DNA from: Botryllus schlosseri
Taxonomy: Eukaryota
Assembly: GCA_051294905.1 (NCBI GenBank)
Contig: CM119384.1
Location: 24,180,001 to 24,244,000 of the forward strand
DNA: 64,000 bases
Direction of reading: 5' to 3'
Below the pieces are notes generated by a model. That model did no database searches and had not been told where the DNA came from. It saw only the letters and a list, made by a program, of their open reading frames with translations. This document shows, in pieces, positions 1 to 12,078 of this stretch (positions are counted from its first letter, which is position 1; the number at the start of each line of letters is the position of its first letter). A program made the translations under genes and the position numbers.

Positions 1-69
1 AGATTGTAAGTAAGACTAGTTTAATATTCCCCAAGTGTTGAATGTAGCCACGCGGTATCAATTTTACAG

Positions 70-3000
70 ATGACTCTACACCTTTGGAATCATGAAGAAA
101 ACGCACCGCCAGAGATCAACAACCAAAAGCAACAAATTACATCTCAGAACTATCACGCGGTGATATCGTATGTAGTGAACAGTAGCCGTGTGTATAATAT
201 TCGCGACTTGAACAGTATGTGGGCGGGTGTTTTCCAAGCTGGTCAAGCGTTGAGTCTGATCAATCCGCAGTTCTATGTATACCCTACCGATGGTATGTTG
301 ATTGGCTGCGTCGGTATTAAAATACCCCCAAGCCTCGCGCAATCAAGATGTATCTCCACATTTACCCATCGAAAAAATCGACATCGGTACAATGACAATC
401 TATGTGCTTTTCGCTGTATTGCCCACTCGCTAGGGAAAGATACCCAAGATTTGGCTCAACAATTCACCTCGGTATATGGTGTCAGTGTGGAAGCCGGCGT
501 AACTCTCGACATGTTGAATGATATCGAGGTCTTGTTTAATGTGGCCATAGTCGTGTACACCAAAACCGAGGGTAAAGCTAGTGCACTCCGGCGTAGTACC
601 TATGAAGCGAAAGCTGTTTACTTACATTTAGAGGATCGCCATTTTTGTCTCATTACTAACATGAACCGTTATGTTGAGACCTATAAATGTGCTGTTTGTC
701 AACGATTGTTCAATTTGCAGCATGAATTGACCAGACACAAATGTGTAACGGGTCCTGTTGAAGTGTTTCCCGGTGGCGTGTATACACCTCCTCTGAACAT
801 ATTTGAAGAACTTGATCTAGAAGGGGTGTTTGTTCCTCATGAGCTTCGTTATTTCAAATACCGTATCGCGTTCTGTATAGAGAGTGTATATGATACGTCC
901 AAAACTTTGCGAGAGCACCAGAACATCCCCATCTCTGTTAGCATATCGTCTAATGTGGAAGGTTACTTGGAGTCGCATGTAATTACCTCGAGTGGTGATA
1001 CAAACGATTTATGCGCACAAATGATTGACCATTTTCACGATATTCAAAGTGAATCATTCAGACTGTCACTCACAGAATATCGACCCTACCTGGACATGCT
1101 CAAATCGAAAATTACCGAAATGAAAGTGCTCGATCCTTCAAAACACCCAATACCCCTTGAACGTTTACAAGTGAAGTTTATGAGTTATTTGCGTCAAATC
1201 CCTGTTTTGTTGTTCAATGGTGATCGATATGACTTGAACTGGCTCAAAGTGTACTTGTTTGGTTTTCTCGTTGACGACAATCTTAGTATACTGAAACGCG
1301 GTAACAAATTTCTCACAATGACGACCAACAGACTTCAATTCTTGGACATTGTGAATTACTTGGCACCCGGGTTCTCGTATAATTCATATTTGGAAGCCGT
1401 CAAATAAAGCACCGCTAAAGCTCACTTCCCGTATCAGTTTCTGACTAGTTTGGAAAAGTTGGATAACTCGAGACTACCAAGCCACGACGAGTTTTACAAC
1501 CCACTAAAAGGTTGTAATATATCCACAGCTGAATATGAAAACTGTTTGAAGGTTTGGAACGACAACAAAATGACCTCTCTGCGTGATTATCTCAAACGGT
1601 GCAACGTGAACGATACTCACTACTTCATAGAGGTTTTAGAAAAACAATTCCAATCTTTCAAAAGTCAATTCAATGTTGACATATTCAAGGATGCGGTCTG
1701 CCTGCTCGGGGTTGTATCGAGGCATCTTTTTAACAGCATCCCGCGTGATTTCACAATGTTCAACGACAAACACCAGGATCTGGTTTCGCTATTCAGAGAC
1801 AATTTATTGCGTGGACTATCGATCATTTTCCATCGATACCCAAAACCGGGTGTAACTCGAATCAAAGAACATGTATGCTTTAAATCGACCAAGTCTAACT
1901 GGATTTGCGATACGTTGGCAACCAATCGACGCCGAGTGTACTAAATTCAAACCTATCAAGACCGCGCCGAAATGCTCAGAGACTGTAACCCAGTGGATGA
2001 ATTGGTATTCCCATATTCATAAGGTGCATGTTCACCACGCTTTTAACGGACCTGAAATTCATGTGGGTGTGCGCAATTATCGACCTGATGGGTTTTATCG
2101 TAATTCGGCCGGACAAGGGATAATCTTATTGTTCCTTAGATGTGATTTTCACGCCCACGATTGCAGATTCGGATGTGATGACTCAGTACGTCGAGAGCGA
2201 GCTAAACGCATTCATGATTATTACGAAAGTCTAAATTATCGAGTTGTATGTAAATGGGAATGTGAGTGGAATATTGAGAAGAAGAGAAATCCTCATATTG
2301 TGCGATATCTCGATGGTATTCAACCACAACTGACTCGTGTCAAGTCTGTCACCCCACAGAAATTGATGGAGATGGTGATGAATGGTACTTTCTTTGGTTG
2401 GTTGTTTGCTGGTTGATATTTGTACTCGACCACATTCGAAAAAGCGATTCGTTGAACTCCACCCGATATTCAAAAATACCACAGTGTCTCGCGATACCGT
2501 GAAAAGTACCATGAATCAGCTTGCTGCAGATCGGAAATTGCCCAGTAAACCCTCTGACATGTTGGTTGCGTCGTACTGCGGTAAGAAAATCTTGCTAACC
2601 TCCGACTTGATCACATGGTATATAGATCACGGGTTGGTGGTATCAAAAATTCATGAGGCTGTCGAATTCACAAAAAAGACATGTTTTGACAACTTTGCGA
2701 AAAATGTCTCAGACTGTCGACGTGCTGGGGATCGCGATCCTAACATGGAGATTATTGGGCTAACGCAAAAACTCGCTGCGAATGCTTGTTATGATCGTGA
2801 GTTAATGAATCCGCGTAAACTCATACAAACCACGTTCTGTGATAAAAGTGAATTGAACGCGAATGTGGAGGATCGCTTTTTCGTCAAGTGTGAACAATTA
2901 AACACAGATCTATTTAAAATAACGAAGAGCCCTCAAAAGATCGAGCAAGATAACTACATTCAAGTATCGTTCTGGTTGTATAATAATGTCAAGTTACGGA

Positions 3001-3353
3001 TGTTGTCGTTTTTTTATGACTGTTTATGCAAATATTTTCGTGCCGACAGCTTCATGCTACTTTCGGTGGATATCAACTCGTTTTTCATCGCGCATTCAGC
3101 ACCGCTCGATGATATTCTCATCCCCGAGAAAAGGAACGAATTTTACTGTGATTACGAGAATTGGTTTCCACGTTATTTTTGTGATAACCATCGAAACGAA
3201 TTCTTCACTGATCCGATTTCTTTTGACCGCTCGAGACAATGCTGTAAAGATACGTATGCTCATTATCTTCATCAACCCGGTTTGATGGAAGTGAGATACG
3301 ACGCCGATGCATCTTTCCACGATCTCAATCGCTTTCACAGTGACCCAAGATAA
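70..3353 (+). pseudogene. pPolB: Protein-primed family B DNA polymerase, split over ORFs 70-1407, 1450-1944, 1871-2416, 2382-3353
   Basis: Degenerate Polinton pPolB motifs: FNGDRYDL..LK and FLDIVNYLAPGFSY (exonuclease), FPY / LPSHDEFYN, nuclease-like insert HAFNGPE..RPDGF..WECEW, KLAANACY, QVSFWLYNNVKLRML, SVDINSFF (YxDTDS region). Confidence 0.9.
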
Positions 3354-3977
3354 AATAAATCACGGCGTTGAATGTTATTGTGGTGTACTTGAATATATTT
3401 TGTGTGACTTTAATTTATTTGTATATACTGTATGTTTGATGTGATTTATTTGTATTGTGTGTTCATGTATCATTTGTTTTCCAGATGGATAACACTATTA
3501 CCTATCTAAAGTCTGTCATGTCGTTAGATTTTAATGGTTTACATGTAGAGATGATCACCTTGGAGCGGGAATTACCACAGTTCATGATTCTTGGTTCTAC
3601 CAAACAACTCCCAACGTCGATGATACCCGATTGATGAAAAGCAGACCACCAAAACTTGTGATCCGTGGTAAGGTCTATAGTTTGGTATAGTAACACTGTT
3701 AGATTTTAAAGCGCTATGAACGTGTTATGAATCCTCTTATGTGATTTATTATTTTACAGATTGGGATCAGCTGCTTGACGACCTGAAGCGTTCGTAACAC
3801 TACAACTTCCACTGACGATGAGGAACAGATGAAGATTTCATAACCCGTGGAAAATTGTTGAATCAAACTCTACTGGGATTGTATATTCCGCTAGAACATG
3901 ACGACTACAACAGTGGATATTCCCAACCTTGTTGATATATAAACACATGCACTTTATCGAGTTTCAATAAACATCAA

Positions 3978-4588
3978 ATGATGGAATTGATCCACCCATT
4001 CGCGTGTATTGTGAGTGGTCCTTCGAGAAGTGGGAAGACTACTTTTGTTGCAAAGCTGATCAGGCATGCGACATCCATGATTAAACCAAGTGTATCCAGG
4101 GTCGTATATTGTTACAATAATTATCAGGAGGTTTTCAAGACGATGCATAACGTAGAATTCCACGCCGGTCTAGATATTTTAGAAGAGTTGAAGGTTTGCT
4201 CTGAAGACACCTTGATTATAGTGGATGATTTCATGACTGAGACGGCGAAAATTGCAGACTACTTTACAAGATTTTCACATCATTCAGCCAAGCAATTTGC
4301 TATATCACGCAGAACCTGTACCACAAGGGTAAAGAAGCACGTGACTTGAGTCTTTCAAGCTCGTATATGGTGATTTTCAAGAATCCGCGCGACCAACAAC
4401 AGATCAGTTTTCTTGGTCGACAAATGTATCCAAACTCTAGATTTTTAACAGAGGCTTATCGTGACGCTGCTAGACAACCTCATAGGGGTTTATTCCTCGA
4501 TCTCACGCAAGAAGCACCTGAAAATCGACGCGTTATGACCAATATATTTCCTGGTGAAACCATGGTGGTTTATAGCCCGATGGTATAA
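3978..4588 (+). pseudogene. A32/FtsK-like packaging ATPase, frameshifted (3978-4349 + 4346-4588)
   Basis: HPFACIVSGPSRSGKT Walker A, LIIVDD Walker B, SLSSSYMVIFKNPRD motif of Polinton ATPases. Confidence 0.9.
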
Positions 4589-4621
4589 ATAGCCAAGCAC
4601 GGGGACGACTTTAAACTCAAA

Positions 4622-4906
4622 ATGACCAAGGTACCAGCTCGGACATGGCGGCATATTCCCACACTAGAGTTCCTACATAAAAGTAAACCAGAGATACGCA
4701 AGCAAATTATATCGGGGGCCAGCAAAGAATTGATCGAGTGGATATGTGATTGTACAAAGAACATTTTAAACGGCAACATCCCTCTTTCAAAGTATAAAAG
4801 AAAGCGACTATCAGCTCATAAATGTAGTTTACGTCGACTTGTCAGGAAAGACATCCCTATTCGACATGAAAAACGTATGGTTAATCAGAATGGGGTATGT
4901 TTATGA
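4622..4906 (+). CDS. Small basic Polinton protein (PW / adintovirus 'GasderminX'-like); C-terminal amphipathic tail probably frameshifted to about 4965
   Basis: KPEIRKQIISGASKELIEWICDC..NILNGNIPL..KRKRL..HK..LRRL..NQNG pattern directly after the ATPase. Confidence 0.6.
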   Translation: MTKVPARTWRHIPTLEFLHKSKPEIRKQIISGASKELIEWICDCTKNILNGNIPLSKYKRKRLSAHKCSLRRLVRKDIPIRHEKRMVNQNGVCL

Positions 4907-4965
4907 CTCTATTATCAAGCATTCCTACCCGTCGTCACTGGTTTACTCGGTAATCTTTTCAAAAA

Positions 4966-5361
4966 ATGACTTCTTTTAAAAAAATCTTCATAAATCCGAG
5001 CCCGGTCAACGGAGCTGACGTTCAGAAATTGAATTTGGATATCGACAAATGTATGAGCGACATATTACAGATGAACATACCCCAAGAACGAATATTAGCC
5101 TTATATAACGACGCGCTAAATCGTTATCAAACAAAACACGACACATTGAATCAACCGATGAAAATCGCTATATCAGAACAAAGACATCTATTTTCGGCTA
5201 ATGAGTTGGACGCTCTGCGACGCCTGATCAAGGGTGAACCATCAAGGATTCCTATACCATCACCGGGTAGCCAACGAAGCGAAGTAAAGACTCAATATGC
5301 CAAGACGAAAAGCGGTCGTACACCCAAGACCCCGAAACGATACGGATGGGAGCCATACTAA
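4966..5361 (+). CDS. Conserved Polinton hypothetical protein upstream of the integrase
   Basis: 131-aa ORF with LDIDKCMSDIL..ALYNDALNRY pattern; position within the element. Confidence 0.5.
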   Translation: MTSFKKIFINPSPVNGADVQKLNLDIDKCMSDILQMNIPQERILALYNDALNRYQTKHDTLNQPMKIAISEQRHLFSANELDALRRLIKGEPSRIPIPSPGSQRSEVKTQYAKTKSGRTPKTPKRYGWEPY

Positions 5362-6363
5362 GCATTTCACGCCAGGGCTACCTGGTAGTTACCGCGGTGC
5401 ATATGTATTCTCTAGAGGGCGGAATAGAGCCAAAGTCAAGGAGTTTCTTTCGAGCAAGTATGCGTACACGAACCATTTTCCATATCGAAAGAAATTTAAG
5501 AGACCTAGAGTGATAACATCCGGTCTCGGTGTTCAGTATCAAACTGATCTCATGCATATGCAAAATCTTTCAAAAGAAAACGACAATTTTAAATATGTGT
5601 TGGTGACGATCGATTGTTTCAGCCGATTTTTATATCTGTATCCACTCAAGAACAAAACCTCGCAAGGTATTATTCGCGGATTCAAGGAAATATTTAAGGA
5701 TCGTATACCTCATGTTATTCAAAGTGATCAAGGTTCTGAATTTTCTAATCGTGCGTTTCAGACTTTCTTAAAAGAGAACAATGTGCGACATTTTCATACA
5801 AATAGTGAACTGAAAGCATCGATATGCGAGCGTGTTATTCGTACTCTGAAGCAAGTGTTATACCGGTATTTCACGCATAATAAGACTTTGAATTATGTTA
5901 ATGTCCTGTCTAAGATATGCCAGGGGTATAACACTACTTTTCACGTGGCTATAGGGTGTCCTCCAGCGGATGTTGATTATTCAAATCAAGAACAAATTTT
6001 CCATAGGTTATACGGTGATGTGACCCCTAAAAAACCCAAACTATCGGCACACCCGTCACGATTTCGAAATCACGTGGTAATTTTGTAAAAAGTGCCTTGG
6101 CGAATTAGACCGAAGAAATCTTTTTCGTATCTCAATGTCGTAAAGGTGACCCTCCTACTTATCAATTGAAAGACTACCATGGCGAAGTTATAGACGGTCG
6201 CTTTCAGCGTGAAGAGTTACAACCAATAACTAAAAATAATAATATTCACAATATCGAAAAAATCCTGTCTACTCGCAAGAAAGGAAAGAAAACACAATAC
6301 CTTGTTAAATGGTTGGGTTACCCGTCTAAATTTAATTCCTGTGTCTCGGATTTGTATAAATAG
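5297..6363 (+). pseudogene. Retroviral-type (DDE) integrase with C-terminal chromodomain; frameshift between 6088 and 6166
   Basis: YQTDL, VTIDCFSRF, IQSDQGSEF, KASICERVIRTLK; chromodomain IEKILSTRKKGKKTQYLVKWLGYPSKFNS. Confidence 0.92.
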
Positions 6364-6372
6364 ACGCTGAAA

Positions 6373-6603
6373 ATGTTGTTCAACCAAACTATGGATTCTG
6401 ATTCCGTCTCATCTCGCATGGGTCAAGTCTCGAACAGTCTGAAAAACCAGATTGTGTTTATTGTACAGATTTGTATGTTAGTGTGTGTAATCGTGTTTTC
6501 ATTATATCAAATTTCTGTCGGGGTGGATCGTGAAATATATTTAACACTGTCTTCTTCACTTGGGTATTTATTACCGAATACATCACCTCACCGTATATGT
6601 TGA
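6373..6603 (+). CDS. Small hydrophobic membrane protein of Polinton type
   Basis: Hydrophobic stretch IVFIVQICMLVCVIVFSLYQI followed by LSSSLGYLLP. Confidence 0.5.
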   Translation: MLFNQTMDSDSVSSRMGQVSNSLKNQIVFIVQICMLVCVIVFSLYQISVGVDREIYLTLSSSLGYLLPNTSPHRIC

Positions 6604-6616
6604 AAGAAACAATAAA

Positions 6617-7447
6617 ATGTTGTTGACTCTACCTTCGAATGCGAGTTTGGATAAATTTCCGAATACTAGCACAGATTTTCAAACGGAACTTTACAAAGAA
6701 TTAGAAATGAATCGCCATGAGCTAGGATTATGTGAGCTGACCTTCCCCCATGATTTTCAGCCGCGAATTGAAGTGACAGCGAAAAGTATCGGTTTTGGAT
6801 TTGTCGATGCGAATGGATACACCGAACGGTATTATATTCCCGAAGGCTCGTATTACAGCATCGGTGAAATGTTAGAATCGTACGAGAAATATTACATGGG
6901 GAACATTTTCATTTTACAAGGATTCGGTGACTTTAGAATCACATTCAGAAGATTAGTCACTAGTAAAAAAAGACACAAGCGAGCTGCATCCATAAATACC
7001 GATACCGCAGACTCTAGCACCAAACACATACCCCATACCACGCATGATTCACCCGAGCCTTACGGACTGATATCACTTGGTTCTGTGTTGGACACAATAA
7101 CATTTAGACGTGTTGTATCTCGTCGCCGCGGAGTGGTAGAATTTATATTTACACCTGCGATAAAGTTGGAACGGATTGATGAGGTTTATGTGTATTGCGA
7201 TCTGATACAACCAAGACCACACGGTAACAAGCTGCAACAACTTTTACGGGTGGTTACTGTAACCGCTAAACCGAATGAAAACCAAATCAACATATTCCCA
7301 AAACCATACTTCTTTGCTTTAGCGAGAAACAATTTTAGAACGATACGAATTTATCTACGTGATGCAGCTGGCAACCCTATTAAATTTCGAAAAGCACCAG
7401 TGACAGTAACCCTACGCTTCCGTCGTAGAGCTGTTGATTCAATATGA
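6617..7447 (+). CDS. Minor capsid / penton-like protein, copy 1
   Basis: N-terminal LTLPSNAS..F.TEL..ELGLCELTFP and C-terminal YVYCDLIQP..QLLRVV..YF..IRIYLRDAAG..VTLRFR; ATG at 6617 inside ORF 6560-7447. Confidence 0.8.
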   Translation: MLLTLPSNASLDKFPNTSTDFQTELYKELEMNRHELGLCELTFPHDFQPRIEVTAKSIGFGFVDANGYTERYYIPEGSYYSIGEMLESYEKYYMGNIFILQGFGDFRITFRRLVTSKKRHKRAASINTDTADSSTKHIPHTTHDSPEPYGLISLGSVLDTITFRRVVSRRRGVVEFIFTPAIKLERIDEVYVYCDLIQPRPHGNKLQQLLRVVTVTAKPNENQINIFPKPYFFALARNNFRTIRIYLRDAAGNPIKFRKAPVTVTLRFRRRAVDSI

Positions 7448-8115
7448 GTTACATCACGTTGTCTGGCACCCAAGGCGAATTCTCGGTGGTGTTACCGAAT
7501 GAAATGATTTGTAATGAGCTCGCGTTGATGGATATGAGTTTTGTCAGTGAATCTCTTGATCGAATTATAATCAATCGTGATCAAGCACTCTGGGAGCTAC
7601 ATAATGAGAAAGATAGAATAGTAGATGCGTACCTAACACCACTTGGGAATTTTGCAAACAACCTCGAGTTGATGCGAAGAATATTATCTGACAGTTTCAA
7701 ACACTGTTTCACCGAAAGAATCAACGACGAACTTTTCCGAATTCGTTACCCGAAACATATCACACTCCACCCCACGGATATATTCACAAATTATTTCAGT
7801 GTAGTTGATGAAGTGTCGACACCAGTATGTAATGTCACGTCGATCAAATCTAAACCAACTCAACCTCACCTCAGATATCTATTTGTGTATATCAACGTAC
7901 TACGATATCATCCGGTGGGTGATTACATGAGTCAATTGCTTCGTGTGATCCAAGTAAATAACGAGACGTGTATGAGACAAGAAGTTGTATTTGAAAAACC
8001 GTTTTATTTCCCAGTGTCGATTAACCACATCCGCGATATAAAAATCACCATCCGGGATCAATACGGTCAGTTAGTACATGATATAGAGACCACATTGACA
8101 CTCCACGTACGATAA
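7444..8115 (+). CDS. Minor capsid / penton-like protein, copy 2
   Basis: ELALMDMSF and LFVYINVL..VGDYMSQLLRVI..FYFPV..IKITIRDQYG..TLTLHVR, paralogous to copy 1. Confidence 0.72.
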   Translation: MSYITLSGTQGEFSVVLPNEMICNELALMDMSFVSESLDRIIINRDQALWELHNEKDRIVDAYLTPLGNFANNLELMRRILSDSFKHCFTERINDELFRIRYPKHITLHPTDIFTNYFSVVDEVSTPVCNVTSIKSKPTQPHLRYLFVYINVLRYHPVGDYMSQLLRVIQVNNETCMRQEVVFEKPFYFPVSINHIRDIKITIRDQYGQLVHDIETTLTLHVR

Positions 8116-8120
8116 AAATA

Positions 8121-8507
8121 GTGACGTTAACCACCTCTATGCTTGGTGCTGATTTTGAACACAGACTACTCACCATCAACAACATCCCGACGAGATATTG
8201 CGAATTAGCCCTCATGGAGATCGATTTCACTTTAACCGAACCGGCGATTGGTCAATATTTGTTCGTGTATTGCGATATTATTCACCCTCACTTACTTGGA
8301 GATACGTTAGCACATTTATTACGAGTTATACCGCTGACACCTGGCGATGTCGCGCATAATTGTACAGCGACAAATCCGTATTATTTCCCTGTTTCAAAAG
8401 ATGTTGTAGATTCTGTATGTCTTTACCTCAGGGATGAGTTTGGGGAACCTATAAATATAGTAAGTCGTTCATTGCAAGCTACATTTAACATTAGGAAGCG
8501 AATATGA
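8121..8507 (+). CDS. Minor capsid / penton-like protein, copy 3 (minimal core, 128 aa)
   Basis: ELALMEIDF joined almost directly to LFVYCDII..LGDTLAHLLRVI..YYFPV..LYLRDEFG..ATFNIRK. Confidence 0.72.
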   Translation: MTLTTSMLGADFEHRLLTINNIPTRYCELALMEIDFTLTEPAIGQYLFVYCDIIHPHLLGDTLAHLLRVIPLTPGDVAHNCTATNPYYFPVSKDVVDSVCLYLRDEFGEPINIVSRSLQATFNIRKRI

Positions 8508-8880
8508 AAGTTGTTTTCACGTGTGATCATCATTCTGTCCATCGTCATTATACCCAGACAGGCGATGGTTATGGATATTTCAGTGGTGGAGTTCAAGCCG
8601 AGTCCGGCATCGGGAGTTTGTTTAAATCACTAGGTCATTTAGTGACACCTATTGCGAAATACGCCGGCGGTCAATTGTTACGGACTGGAGGTGAAATAGC
8701 GAGAGATCTATTACAGGGTAACTCGATCAAGTCTAGTGTTATCAAGAGAAGTAAACAAGCTGGCGGTCGAGTGATTGATAAAATTTTAACTCCAAAAGCT
8801 ATAAAAAGGAAAAAAAACAAAGTCAAAGAACACTTCATCCAAACGTCGTCGTACACAACAGGATATATTCGACTAAGAAC
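8504..8880 (+). CDS. Polinton core / membrane-lytic protein (adintovirus 'cupiennin'-like); frame runs on into the capsid N-terminus
   Basis: QTGDG..QAESGIGSLFKSLGHLVTPIAK..G..LLRTGGEIARDLLQG motif just upstream of the major capsid gene. Confidence 0.6.
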
Positions 8881-8881
8881 T

Positions 8882-10156
8882 ATGTTGATGCATGCTGGTT
8901 CCAGAGAATGTCATAACTCAGGATTAAACATATTTAGTATACCCCACACACAAACCAGTATTGAGGAATCGCAATATGTCGTCGTCAAACCCCATAGTTT
9001 CAGTATGTCATGGAAGTACAATTACCAAGGACGGATCGATATATGGATCTACAAAACACATTCTTGAGATTACGTTTGAAGCTCACTAAACGTGATGGAA
9101 CTGATTTAGCAGATGATACGCAAGTGGGCCTGGTCAATCAATAACATGATGGACTCTCTTTTCAAACAAATCGATGTAACTATTTCAAATGAGGTTATCA
9201 CAAATTCGGATAATTGTCATGCCTACAAAGCTTATATCTCTCGGTTGTTGAATGATACTCACGGCGCCTCGGAGAGTTTTGTGCAAGGACAAGGTTTTTA
9301 TAAAGATGTCGCTGGCTCTATGGATGTTCTTGGTGCGGCGAATACTGGATATGTTAAACGAAAAGACCTTACCAAAAACAGCACCCCGCTAGAGTTGATC
9401 GGAAAAATTCGAATGGGTATTTTTGAACAGTCTAGATGTATGTTGGATAATGTCGACATGAAATTAAAGTTTACACGTAACGAAGATAATTTCTGTCTGC
9501 TTGGTGATGTGGAGGATGTACAAATTGTTTTACTCGAAATGGAAGTGTATGTCAAACAGATGAAGATCGCTGAAAGTGTAAGCTTAGCACACAAGTCGGT
9601 ACTACAGAAGAATACTGCAAAGTATCCCTGGATAAGCTTACAAATGTCGACTCATACATTCGCGGCGGGCTTGTCGAAAATTGATAGAGAGTTGGTTAGC
9701 GGTACCATGCCAAAGAAGATCGTAATTGGTTTAGTCGAGACCACGACATTTAACGGTGTTCGGGACAAAAATCCATTCAACTTTAAACACTTTGATGTTC
9801 AAAATCTTTCGTTAAGTGTGGATGGGCGTCAAATTGACGGACGCGAATTTCATTTCGATTTTGATAAACATGGCGGACTCGAAGGTTATATGACCCTATT
9901 CTCTCAGACAGGACGCTGGGAATCCGAGGCACCTTTAAATATTTCACGCAAAGATTATGTCAATGGGTACACTCTTTTTGTGTTTGATTTGACACCCGAT
10001 AATAGTTTGGGATGTTATCAACTTCATAAGACAGGAACTGTGCATCTGGTTTTGACTACATCGAAGCCTTTACCAACCTCCGTAACCTTGTTATGTTTGA
10101 AGGAGTTTCAACATCTTGTACAGCTGAATCAAAAAAGACAAGTCGTCGAAATATGA
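8882..10156 (+). pseudogene. Major capsid protein (double jelly-roll, hexon-like), frameshifted near 9000-9130
   Basis: N-terminus MHAGSRECHNSGLNIFSIPHTQTSIEE; body SLFKQIDVTI, MPKKIVIGLV..FNG..KNPFNFKHFD, GYTLFVFDLTPD. Confidence 0.9.
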
Positions 10157-10596
10157 ATACGTCTGAGATCAATGATATTCTCTATAACCACCCTGACACA
10201 CAAAGTCTATATCTAGGAACTTATCCGGTAGACCAGTTACCAAAGAAACCAACTAACGTAAAATTCGCTATCACCATTAATTACGATGAATCGAGTTTAC
10301 CTGGATCTCACTGGGTTTCAATATACAGAGATGAGGATACTCATTTTCATGATTCACTGGGTTTCGGACCACTAAAACCTCAGATAATCGAATTCCCGGA
10401 TCCGGATGAATTTTCCGTGACTGGGAAACAGTTACAGAGTAAAACTTCGGATGTGTGTGGGGATCATGCTATTGCATTCTTGATAAAAAGAGCTCAAGGA
10501 TTTTCAGCCAAGGAATACTTGGATAATTTTGGTGATGATAAAAAAGTGAATGATACGATTGTGCGTGCTTTTGTGAAGAGTTTGATTTCAGAGTAA
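10153..10596 (+). CDS. Adenain-like (C5) cysteine protease
   Basis: INYDESSLPGSHWVSI (His), HDSLG (Asp), LQSKTSDVCG (Gln/Cys). Confidence 0.9.
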   Translation: MNTSEINDILYNHPDTQSLYLGTYPVDQLPKKPTNVKFAITINYDESSLPGSHWVSIYRDEDTHFHDSLGFGPLKPQIIEFPDPDEFSVTGKQLQSKTSDVCGDHAIAFLIKRAQGFSAKEYLDNFGDDKKVNDTIVRAFVKSLISE

Positions 10597-11189
10597 TAAA
10601 TGAATGTATAAATGTGTATACTTGTGATTCTTGTTGTGACTGTGTACAGCAAATTATTTTGTAGGTGCGAAACAGCGGTGTGAATAATCCGAAAGTATTA
10701 TTCAGCTAGCAATCAATAGCGAGGAAAGAGAACACGATCGGACATTTGACACGACTAAACTACGACATCATATATAATAATTTACGATCAAACTATTTCG
10801 CACTGAATGGAATAGTGTAATAATCGATAGTAGCACACAGCTGCATGGGAAACAATTCAGCGCGCAGGTCATTCGAAATATAGGTCGCACGCACTGCTTA
10901 ATCCTCACAACAAGCCACGTTTCCGTTTGTGCGGTTATTGTTGGTGACTATTCAACACCACGCGAGAGATACCTGAAAGTGCGACATGCGAACGCACCCG
11001 TAAGAACCAATGGCGATGTGCGAGCGGAAGGGGGGTCTAAAAGCGCGATATGCCAACACGAGTTTCGCGGCGACATGCGAGCGGGCCCATAAGAACCGCA
11101 CCTACCTCACGAGCGATCTACATAACTACTCACGTAAGCCGATTGAAGATTGAAGCGATCGCGTGTGCTCCGAACTGCAATCAAGACAG

Positions 11190-11419
11190 TCTTGGACTGC
11201 AGGTAAGTCCGTTTTGAACTGCAGGTAAGGCAGTTTGAAATAAGGCAACCACGTATAAAGCACTATGATCTAGGCAAGGCGGTACGGCTTTTTAGCTAAC
11301 TGTCCAGCGCAGATGTAGTTTAAATTATTTATAGCCAATGTATCACACGATACCAGTACTCTACGTTGTAAATCTGAAAGAATATTTCTAGAAGACACCT
11401 GCCACAGCAAGAGATGCTA
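11190..11419 (-). mobile_element. TX-0: 5'-UTR stub of a group-B Tx1/L1 LINE (body absent); left boundary approximate
   Basis: Aligns by eye with the TX-2 5' region (GGCAAG(G/A)CGGTACGGCT, CAGCGCAGAT, GTATCAC..GATACCA, AAGAGATGCTA) and the TX-5 tip (AAATCTGAAAGAATAT..AAGACACCTGCC). Confidence 0.7.
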
Positions 11420-12078
11420 TTTTTTTTACGGCTCCCTGTATCCGCCGGCGTTTGGCAGCCCTCTCTCAGAATAGGGCCCCTCTCGCTCGGGGTCTTTATT
11501 ACACATTTTGTTCATTTTTATGGTTTTTTAATTTTCTAACTCAGGGATTTTTCAACAGTTTATAAACATAATTTTTAACGGTTTCTTCTTGTTTTTTCTC
11601 TTGTTTGCGTATTCTTGTTTCTAAGATGGTGTGTACCTATTCTTGTTTCTAAGATGGTGTGTACCTGAGTACAACCAAATACTCCAATAGTAACGATTTT
11701 TGTTATTTTCCTGTTTCCGTTTACTGGTTAACAGCCAACCGCTGGAAGCGAGTGATTGGGGGGTTCTTTGTTGGCCCCTCCCCTCTTTCCTGAAGGGTTT
11801 TCCATCACTTTTATCCCTTTATCTTTCGTTGGGTTAGTCTAACTATCGTTTGGGACCCCTCTTCGGGGGCTGTTGTATTTTATTCTCATTTTTTTTCTTT
11901 GTTTTGCAAATTCCTGCCAATTTTATCATGTCGCTTCTAAGTATAGCTCTATTTTTTCAACCCATTTGTGTGTTTCGGGGTTCTGTGTTATTTTCTCAAG
12001 TCTCTTTTTCATTTTTTTGAGAGTATTTTTTTCAATGTTTTCACGGTCTACTCTTTCGTTGTTAATATCGAGCGATAT

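Larger units (their letters stand above)
1..10600 (+). mobile_element. Polinton/Maverick (adintovirus-like endogenous virus), pseudogenised; begins left of the window, no terminal inverted repeat identified
   Basis: Co-linear pPolB, A32/FtsK-like ATPase, retroviral-type integrase + chromodomain, penton-like ORFs, major capsid and adenain protease; several genes are broken by stops or frameshifts. Confidence 0.95.
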
